Source: Phoronis australis (lineage: Eukaryota > Animalia > Phoronida). Taken from it: a stretch of 64,000 nucleotides of DNA. Below the pieces are notes generated by a model that worked only from the letters and a program-made list of their open reading frames with translations, was not told the origin of the DNA and did no database searches. The position numbers and the translations under genes are program-made. The stretch is from NCBI GenBank assembly GCA_002633005.1, contig NMRA01000048.1, forward strand, positions 248,001 through 312,000. The letters are read 5' to 3'. Shown here piece by piece: positions 53,889 to 64,000 of this stretch. The first letter of the stretch is position 1. Every line of letters begins with the position of its first letter.

Positions 53889-56659
53889 AAAATACTTGGC
53901 TGTGTCAAGTCTACAGCTGTGAGATAAAGACTGTAAATTCAAAATGCAGCATGTTGCAAAACTTACATAGATCATTTCTGGACCAAATGACGCAATGAAT
54001 GAACATGTAATATCTTAAATGCACCATCACCCACCAAGCCGTTAGTATTTTGTGAAGTTTACTTCAGTCTTACATCTGAATTAAGTGCAAAAGTTTAACT
54101 TCGCAGTAAATAGGTGGACTGAACAACGGAACATCAATGAAAGGTTAACTTCAGTATCATCAGAGTTTCGGGAATTCTTTACATCATTTCATACGTAAAG
54201 TTTTTAACTTACACACTGAGCCATCTATGTACCACATCTTAGTTTGCTTCTTTGGCAATCTAAGTGAAATCTTCAATACCATATACACTTATGCCTAACA
54301 TTATATTTATACATCATCAAGAGATGGGTCTCAACCTTGTTTTAGATTAGCAATTCAAGGGTTGGCAAACATCAATAAACTCTGAAGGGTTTCCTCCAGT
54401 CTTGATGCTTCGTTTGTAATGGAAATAGATTCTTATCATGCAAGGAGCAATATGGACTGATTTATGAGAGTAAAATACCTAACTGGATTTTCATTTATTA
54501 GCCAGCTATGCAGGGCAAAATGCAGGGTCATATAACTTACACATGATCATTAAGAAAAGCAACAATGGACAACACAGTTCAAAAGTCAAAAACAACAAAA
54601 CTTCATTGATTAGAATTGAACTCAGAGTTCAACTCAAAGAATTCAACTACATTTATAAACTGTTCTTCAATCAATGAGAATGAAAATCCGCATGCACACG
54701 CACGCACGCACGCACGCACCCAAAGTAAATAGAAAGAAAACTTCGCTATCTGCGGTCGATGAAATTTAACAAAGCAGACATTTGGAAAAATGGAAGAAAA
54801 TAAATTTCCTGGAAATTATTTAAGCTGTAATTTGAGAAAAGTTTACACTATAAGTGTATAGTCCACCAGCTTACTACCCAAACTGACCCAGGTCACCAAT
54901 TAATTGTTATCAAATCCTTCATTAAATGCCATTTAACTCCACCCTGTTGGCTCCACAGAGAAAGGTCAATGCTCTCTTGGACTTCAGTGGTGACCATCAG
55001 AACCAAAACTAAAACGTCTAGAAAAATATCCAAATTGGGCTAACTTCAGAACATTGTAACTTAAAATGACAGTTTGGATTCATATGAAACTTTTAAATAC
55101 TATGCTTTATGCACAGTTCTCCATAATGCTTTTACGAATTGTGTTTCAGATGTTTCATTTAGCATGAGGGGCTATCTTTTAAGATTTTTATGAATATTGG
55201 TGTAACATAAAACAAAACTGAAACAGCATGTTTGGGATTTCACCTTGAATATTGATATCAAAGAAAATTCAATCATGCTGTTGATACCAATGTCTTGCTA
55301 TCACTGTATCTTTCCTTTTAGCTTAATTTTACATAGAAGACATGACCACAAATTGGTGGTACTTTTATCACAGACTGAAAAAGTGGGAAGTCAACGAAGA
55401 CTGGAAACAAATGGTATTTCTTTCGTTATACTTTTAACAAAATATCAAAAATAATTCCCATCGGTCATTCACCCATTTAGTCAAAATGTTTTTTTAGCTA
55501 AGCCTGGAGTGAACACCGGTTGGGGAAAATTTCCTTGCAGAATATTATTTTACAAATCTTTTTTCTATCCCATGTCCGCATATGCAAAAGTAGGTCACAA
55601 CAAGTAGCCAGAGCCCTCGTTCATCCGAGAGGAAATGTGCCTCACTAAGCGCCATCTGTAATTGGAATTTTTTGGGGCGGGAGAAAATGTTTCCTCCCGC
55701 ACCTTCAGTAGCACCCCCTACTCCGTTACAAGCCCTCATAGGCTCTGCTGAAGCAGCCATAACTAACATTTTATGCTCTTTCAAATTGTCATCTGTGTGA
55801 ATAACCAGCGTTTCGAATCACGAGCGCAATTTTTCGAACACTTGAGAGGAATTTTTGGGCCTCATGAGGGAAATTTCGTGTGATTTTTTAATATTTTTCA
55901 GAGGGGAATGGGCATAATATTCGGCCCCAAAATCGAGGGATTGAGGGCCCAAAACATTTAGCAGTGGTAGCATCGAATTAATGATTTATCACTTTCAAGC
56001 TCTAAACACCAGTAATCACCAGACAATTTTGTAAAACAATACACATTTCACAACAATGTTGGAAGCCTATGAAAACACTAAAAAATGACTGTCATGGCAT
56101 ACATTATGTCTGAAATGGGTGAAACTTTACATATGCTTGTAACTCTTTCATAAGACTGAAATTACGATCAAGAAAAACGAGTAACTAGTGACGTTTTCTT
56201 CTACTTTTTTATTTGAAGGCAGGTCAACTAAGATTTTAGTCTTACCGTTACATCAGCATTTCATTCTTCAACACTAAGCTGTCGTAATCAATTCTTTAAC
56301 TACGTACTAGGTAGATTATACCCAAAATTTCTGAAACCACTAGAAAGAAATGGCTGTCCGTATTGGTTCTACAACTTCAACTTTTTAATCAGCTGAAGAT
56401 AAAGCTCAGAGTTACTGCAAAAACATGTTTATTTGCTCAGCCTGAGCAGCTAAAAGTACAACACAAAATGGGAGGAAAAGACAGATAGTGAGCATTTTAA
56501 ACTTTGAAACTGTTTATACTCAGAAGACCTATTAACACTTCATAAATCTGATGTGCATTTTCAAGTTGACCCCTTTAACATGCATATTACTAATACCACA
56601 TGACATGAACTAGCCCAGTGGTCTTCCTACAGCATTAGTGCAATTTACACTTCAAAAGT

Positions 56660-56950
56660 TGACACGGATCAGCTGACACCGACGTTTGTGAGGTAGAGCA
56701 ATTTGCGCCCCAACATCTTGCTCCATGTCAATGTTATGTCTAAACGCAAAACTGGGGCATTAGGCGGAAAGGATCATCTCTACTGCGCTTGCCTAATGAT
56801 CTACGTACAGGTTCTTTGTCTCTGCAACTCTCGCCATTTGTAAACCTGCGCATGTGCGATCCAGTCTCGCCAGCCTGCAATTTCCGTCTTGCCACAGTTA
56901 GTGAGTTGTATGTGTAAACGGCCACTTGCGGGTCAGTTTGCTCCGTGTCA
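56660..56950. mobile_element. Probable MITE with short TIRs
   Basis: tgacacggatcagctgac at the left versus tgacacggagcaaactgac (reverse complement) at the right. GC-richer interior. Confidence 0.5.
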
Positions 56951-57564
56951 GTTCAACGGGACTATTCACGACAACCTTTCATAACAATTTGCATGTCCTT
57001 CTAGTTCATTCACCTGTAACACTTGATAATTACCTAGTTCAGGTACCTGAGCAGACTAAGGCACGATTACTCAGCAACCTTTCTCACATCTAGTGTACAT
57101 AGTATATCTGGACCACCACATGTGTGAGGATGAATTACACACCAGGGTACAATTTTTGTGCCCTTTGATCTCACAGTGTTTATGTAACCTGGCCATGATA
57201 TCCTAGATTTTCCAATGACTTCTAAGTTGAAGTGTTTAGTAGCTAAGAAAAAGAAAATTGAAAAAGGTTCTGGTATAATACTGTCATTTAATGTGGCGAA
57301 AATATACGATTTCTGTTTCAGTCTTAAACTAAGATCTCAACTCTCTACTCCAAAGGAATTTTACTCCAAAGGGTCGACACATGGACTGTGCAAAAGGTGT
57401 AACTAAAGAATTTTATTAATTTAACAGAACCTAGGATCGTGCTCACAATAAGATGAACTGACAATGTCAGCGGTTTCTGCAAGGTTCTGTGAAAAGGGCC
57501 GAGTAATGCTTAAGCTGCCTCAAGTGAACATTAGCGTAGCTGAGCTATGAAGCGCCAAGATTCG

Positions 57565-57903
57565 TAAATCAGTACCTTTCTGCGTGTTGAAATGTGCTTA
57601 ATCAACACGAAGTTTTGCTTAATCAACACGCTGTTTTGCTTATTCAACGCGTACTTTTAAGTTCTTAAGCGATCATTGTTCTGCTCTTATTCCACGTGCA
57701 TTTTTGCTTATCAACTTGTCTTTGACTGGACATAACGAAAAACTTAGTCGGCAGTGCATTAAGTAAAACTACACATTGATTAAGCAAAAGAGCGCGATGA
57801 ATAAGAGCAGACGATGATCGTTTAAGAACTAAAAGTACGCACTGATTAAGCAAAACTACGCGTTGTATAAACATATTTCAACGCGCAGAAATGTACTCGT
57901 TTA
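57565..57903. mobile_element. Foldback MITE with long imperfect inverted arms and internal ttgcttaatcaac subrepeats
   Basis: agtacctttctgcgtgttgaaat pairs with atttcaacgcgcagaaatgtact. cgtacttttaagttctt pairs with aagaactaaaagtacg. Confidence 0.75.
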
Positions 57904-60800
57904 GGCAAGAACAAAAGATTGAGCCAGCCACTAATTTATTTAAACCTTTTTGCATTGACATGAGCTGTGCGAGGTCCAGTCAGCAATCATTCACTTGAGG
58001 CAGCCAGCTCAGCTCGTAACTCCCTGTCTGCACTTGTCTTTAGACTGAGAGCTACAGCTATAATTCGTTGTGCAAACTTGCATTTACAGTCTATCCATTC
58101 ATCTGCTAATTACAAAACTCAAACTTCAAAATCCACACCAGTGAAACACGAACCAACAACCAAGCAGTGCCATTCTCAAAACCGGAATCCACAACTCAAC
58201 CAAAACACTAACCTCAGGACAAAACCATCAAAACATCCCAAAAGCTCACCTATAGTGGAACCTCGTCAGCCTACCTTCATATCCTTTGATTTCACTTCCC
58301 AAATGCTCCACAAAATGTTACTTCACTAGACCTCCCAGATCCAAACTACCAGACACTGCTGACTGACAATACCAGTCAGGTTCTGACTCCTCACTTGAGA
58401 TCAGATGGCCCCAGACTTAAGCAGTATCACCAATGACTAATGTTTAACAGACATACACTATAAATACTGACCAATATTCATTGCAGAACTTCACCTCACA
58501 GCTCCCTTATGCAGTTAATAATAGGACCACAGGCTGCTCCACTTGGGCAAAGTTTTCATTTGCTTCTGGGACCCACTGTACATATGAAGACAAGCTTTTG
58601 ATTGACTTCACAGTATAGCCTAACCATTGTACTCTACTTAACATCTGTTACAACCAATCCAAGTCAAACTTTAAGAAGAGGACACTTCTTAAACTGTGTT
58701 GGCAGAACAAACATGTTGATTCTTCACCTAATAGAACATGGCGGACAAGTGGAATTTTATTAAATTTCTCATCAAAAAAAATAAAATTGTGGAAAATTTA
58801 TTTGCCTCAATATAATCAGGCTTTGGAAAATAGAAGAATAACAATTTACGCATTTATTTTTGTGGTGAATACAGTAAAGAATTACTCTCAATAAAAGTGT
58901 ATAACATGTAATCAACCCCGTACTATAAGTCTAAATGTAATCGCCACCCCACCCCGTACTGAAGTTAGCGGACTGTGAAGAGTGCCCCCAAAGGCTAGTG
59001 GACTTGCAACACCACTGAAAAAGAGAGCTCAGGCTTTTTATGAACAACAAAAATAAGAAAAAGAAAGAAAGCATAAACTGAGAAAAACTGTGGACACAAC
59101 AAACATAAACAAGTCTGTGTATAAAAGGATCAAGAGCACTTCCGTGGTACTGTTACACAATCTTGAGGATGTTCAGGAAGTAAAGTTCCTCCATTTGAGA
59201 GCTCATTAGAAACCACAGTCTCTGAACACAGATCAGTGGAGCACCTGTTGGTTAGTCTTGAAAGAAAAGTTCATTATAGACAGCAGTGGGGTCTTACGAA
59301 AGGTCACCACATTTTTGTAACTACAGTTTCAAACTGCTTAAGTTAGAAATTTTTCATTTCCTAAGCTATTAACAATGGCACAAGTGCATTACACAATCTC
59401 AATACAAAACATTTCTCTATCGTTTCCGTACAACAGTGAGAAAGCCAACAAAAACTGACGATGCCTACCCTGACTCAATCTCACCATTTTGGGACCACGA
59501 TAATTAAAGGTCCTTATACCGTGTTGCAATAGACTGAAAATAAAATGAAGCCTATTCCCTGTACACCTGCAAGAAAGGCTCCATAAGATCAGTGATGACG
59601 GTGGCTTACTAGTGCATGCATGTTCTTCTTGCCTGTTTTCGCCTCCTGTCTTTCGCCTGTTTACCAACAACGTTGCATTAGTGACATTTCAAATTTGAAT
59701 TTGAGCCTGCGTGAGTTTTGTAGCCTGCCTAGCAAGCCGTGTATTTATACTTGTGACCTTTGCAACTGTGTATGCATCCACCTCCGTGTTTATTATGAAT
59801 ATTTGGCTAAAGTCAATAATTTGCTTTAGTGATTTCTCCTGTTAGTGTGAAATGTGAAAGGATGGCACAGAAAATGTTTTAACAGATTGAGAGGTAATGG
59901 TATTTTGATCTTGTTCAGCACTCAGTGCTGTATTTAAATTTGCAATAAATCTGCGTCTTCAGTCAACTTTTGATTTAATCCAGTTGCTGTATTGAAATCA
60001 TCCTCATCTCGTCCCTTACTCAGGTTCGAAATGACTTCAAGGTTTGAGAACAGCTAAATATCTCATTATTGCTTCACACAGGCTTGTGAAGTTTGCTCAT
60101 CAGGGTGGAACAGTGTGCCAATCTCAGTAATTCTAAGTCATTTATTGTAACCAATTTCAGTTCAAGCTAGTAATATGAACACAATGAGGTTGCTATGAAA
60201 GATCCTATATGCCTGAGAAGAAAGTTGTATTTGACCCCAGAAAATGGCTTACGGCAGCTTTAATCATCAAAAACTAGACCAATGTACCTTTAAACTAATA
60301 GTATTGGAACATAACAGGATGCATCCAATCTACTTTGAATGAAAATTCATCTATGAATAACACCTCATAATTATAAGCGAGTATGGCTGAACACCAGAGT
60401 CCACTCACGTCAGGGCTCTCCAGGACCAGGACCAAGCAATGAAGACACAAACCAATGACAAACAAGCAGTAAATAGCCTTGACAAGGAAGAAGAACTTCC
60501 CCCCAATAGACCTCAGGAATGAATCAGTGACATGTGGAACTGATTACATTTGATAATTATATTAAGTTGTGTGGCAAAACCCAATACACAGAATATGTAT
60601 AGTTACCTAATGAGTTACAGGTTACCACATTTTGAATGGGCATTAAACTGACTGTTCTCAAAATAAGGAAACCTTGTGACTGTTGCCCAGAATAAAGGAA
60701 CACAGTCAATTTAAGGAATAAAGTTCTTTTAATTGTTCATTTTGTCAAGTTGTTAAGGCAACCGTTCAATATACTCAGATTTCGGCAATAGTCTGATAAA

Positions 60801-60866
60801 ACATGCCTGTAGTTTGATGCCCGTTAGTCAGTGGAGAAAACTGGTTCTCAAAATTCGGGCACGTTA
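60801..60866. repeat. Partial family A copy
   Basis: cagtggagaaaactggttctcaaaattcgggca is identical to the copy at ~45008-45039. Confidence 0.65.
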
Positions 60867-61940
60867 TATCAGACAATTACCCAAATTTCAACAAAAAGTA
60901 TGTCTGACAACATAAAGATACAATTTAAGGATCTCCAATTTCATTACAAACAAATTTTGCCGACAATCTTCCGGCAGCACTATGTTCGTCGATGGGCCAT
61001 ATTTTTTGTCTAAAACTGAATGCCCAGTTATGGTGAGGCTTTAACTTGCAGATTACATGTAAAAGTATCAATTACAACACTCACCATCACAGCATCCACT
61101 GAAGATATACTGGAGTCAAGTTGGTATTCTCAACTTCAGTTTACTACCTCTCAGTCACATGCACAGTGTAGTAGTGTAGTAGTGAGCAACACTATCACAC
61201 TTCCTGAAGACTGGCTGTCTATCTCACAACTGGATAAGCTCTCACTGGAGTCAAAGCACTGTGGATCCAGTCAAGACCAGGGTATCGGATTACATGATGG
61301 CCAAACCATAACATATAATAGCCACTGTTCTGTTGAAATACTGATAAAATAGACACTAGGGTGTTGATTAATGTCTTGAACATGTTTACATTAGACTGTT
61401 TCATGGAGTATAAAGACTCCACAATGTGTTTGCCCTGCTGCTCTTCATAAAAACTTCTGTGGTAATTACACAAATGAGAAAATGAGAAAATAATTGACTC
61501 TGTGGTGTCAAAGCAACCAGCTAAATCGTAAGTTTGTTTTTGCTGGTGTTAAACCTTATATATAGTAAAACCTCACCAATTTAGGTCACAATATGGCAGA
61601 CACCTGAAATGTTTTCACCGTTCCATGAATGCTGAGCAGCCCCAAATGCATGGTTTATAAGTTATGAGGGCCGGTACTGTACCGAAAACCGAAACAAAAG
61701 ATAACGGAATAAAATCAATACGAAAATTACTTGGTGCCTTATTCAATATCTTGAAAATTGAAAAGCTGGTTGATTTGAAATTTCCATGCTTTATGTTCCA
61801 ATTCAGCCAACTTATGACGTGCAAAACCTACAAAAAGTCAAACTCAAGTTCACAAAGGTCCCCCTTTCACAACTTTGTTTACATTGAAGTCATTGCTTCT
61901 CTCTGAGGCCAGCCAACGCATGTCATTACGCTGTCATTTT

Positions 61941-62075
61941 GCATGTCAGTGTACGCTGGTACAGTTGCATGTCAGTGTACGCTGGTATAGTTGCATGTCA
62001 GTGTACGCTGGTACAGTTGCATGTCAGTGTACGCTGGTACAGTTGCATGTCAGTGTACGCTGGTACAGTTGCATG
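61941..62075. repeat. Minisatellite, 26-bp unit x5
   Basis: gcatgtcagtgtacgctggtacagtt repeated head to tail without spacers. Confidence 0.95.
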
Positions 62076-62785
62076 CACACTCACGAAAAATGTAGTGTGC
62101 AAACAAAAACAATAAAGAAAACAAAAATATGGAAGAGAAACAGACTTGATGAAAAAAGTTCATCTGAAGTAACAAACAGACTTCCACACAGAGCCATATA
62201 CTTGACAAAATTCTTTTTTGCCAAATAAAAATAAATCTACCATGTGGGCAATAATTAAACTAAGACTTGCGCTTTTAATTATTCCAATCCCACACGCACA
62301 TAGATAAGACTGCACTATAAACAAGGCACATGTAGATAAAACATGAAACATGAAAAGCCACTTCCACTGGCATGAACAGGATATGAAGATTGGTTACATA
62401 ATACCACACATGCTTTATGACTTGAGGAAGGCTATATATTTGCAAACTTATAGTACATGTGAAGTTTACTACCCCCAAATTTTATGCGCAAAAGTAGTGA
62501 AATCATTCCACCTTTTTCCACATCAAAAGCTTCCAACAGAGTTGTGATGGACCACAACCATAAGTTACCGTATCAGAACGATTTGTCTGGTGAGTACTAT
62601 GGTGCAAAACATTATGTGGCATTATGCTTATCCTTTATAAAAAAGAAAAAGATAAACTTCACTGGTCCACCTTACTGTATCATAAATTGTCACTGTTACC
62701 ATTAACATTTATTATAATGCTTACTGTTCAGTATTGTTACTGAATATTCTACTGTCGATATTATACTCTACCATCAGGCATCCAT

Positions 62786-63430
62786 CTAGAGGGTGTCCAA
62801 CTTTAGACACTCTACAGCGATTGATACTTAAGATAAACACCAAGTCGAGCGACCTGGCAAAAATCCCAGGTCACCAAACGAGATCTGAGGTCGCCTAAAT
62901 CAATTCCCCAGGTTTCTTCTTCAGCGCCGTAAAAGTTCGTAGACCAAAAAAAGGTCGGATGGTCGTAGCACCACCGAATTCGTCCAATTTCCCTAAATGT
63001 AGGTGTACCTTCCCTACCCAGAGAACAAACATAGAATGCAAATGATCGAATGGGCTAGCGGTATGAATTTCGCCGATCTTGATCTTAGCTAAACAATTCT
63101 GACCTTCTGTCTGTTTACTTCCTCTTGTAATTTAAACAAGGTGGCAAACGCACAGGCGTCCTCAGCTTCTCATGGTGCTCAATAGTGGGGATGATCGGAA
63201 GCCGAGGACGCTTGTGGGCAAATGTGCTGATTTCACAAATTAAAACAGAACATTTGTGAATCAAAGGTGATAAAACGTGGAAAACTGTCCGTAACTTAAA
63301 GTTTCGAAGTCAACAGAACTTTGAAATGAATTGAGAGGGAATTGTTGACTTTGATACTCATAGTGGCGAATAGTGCCAAATACAATCTTAGGTTGCATTG
63401 GCGATGGTCGCCAAATCGAGCGCTGCTCTA
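62786..63430. mobile_element. Possible non-autonomous DNA transposon remnant
   Basis: CpG-rich block with repeated gcgacc/ggtcgc subterminal-like motifs and tagag.../...ctcta ends. The TIR match is poor. Confidence 0.3.
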
Positions 63431-64000
63431 GCAGTCAGACCCCCAAGTAAAGTGAACAAGTATGGGTGTCTCTTAACTTGCCAGCAGCAACTCTCAGGGA
63501 GCTCAATGGCCTCAGAGGAATAAAATATAAGTTAGTATAAAAAAACTTTATTGCAAAACCATATCTCCACAGTACAAAACACACTACAACAGCACCCAGA
63601 AAACAGTTATTGGTCATGGATGCCCGAAAAATTAGGAAACCCATTTTGGACGTCATATTTTTGAAATTCTGGATGAACCCCAGTGACAACCATTTACATA
63701 TTCCCACAAGATAACACCAGCACCCTTTTACACAATTGAAATTTTATGAGTGCATTTATTCGTAAAATCAAAATTCAGTACACCAAATAATTTTGAGGTC
63801 TTTACCATAGCTAACACAATTCTTCACCTACAGTAAATTTTCCTCAAATTAAAAAAATAATCAGAAAAATTACGATTTTTTTCCAGTTCTCAAAAGCTGT
63901 ATGCATCATGTGTTTGTTGAGTTGACAGCAGCACTACGTAAACGATGCAAATATTTCTCTCTGAGTTATTTTTCAAGAAATTTTCATATAATGTGGCTTC

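Noticed and set aside
61941-62075. CRISPR-like repeat array
   Set aside because: The 26-bp units are contiguous with no unique spacers, there are no cas genes and the context is eukaryotic. It is a minisatellite, and the ORF 61875-62228 is an artefact of it.
1-64000. The short ORFs of the six-frame track as standalone genes
   Set aside because: They are 60-134 aa with random-like composition. Only those overlapping spliced exons and the USP-like fragment are supported.

Overview
AT-rich eukaryotic genomic DNA. It looks like a marine invertebrate, but that is inferred only from composition and repeat style. It is a draft assembly with single-N joins at 7345, 40119 and 53337. There are no prokaryote-style genes, and almost all ORFs in the supplied track are spurious. 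The window holds the 5' part of one large intron-rich gene on the minus strand that continues beyond position 1. Four phase-compatible coding exons (28922-29200, 21649-21915, 16546-16782, 7919-8123) encode about 305 aa of disordered, Ser/Pro-rich N-terminus with SH2-, SH3- and 14-3-3-type linear motifs. No folded domain is visible, so the gene cannot be named. The introns contain candidate microexons (21, 24 and 10 nt), several candidate alternative first exons (one with an MGxxxS myristoylation motif plus Cys), a candidate non-coding first exon/promoter near 49.7 kb and a candidate recursive splice site. Also present are a degenerate USP-type (C19) deubiquitinase fragment on the plus strand, several MITE-like inverted-repeat elements, tandem repeats and a ~555 bp duplication that is probably an assembly artefact.
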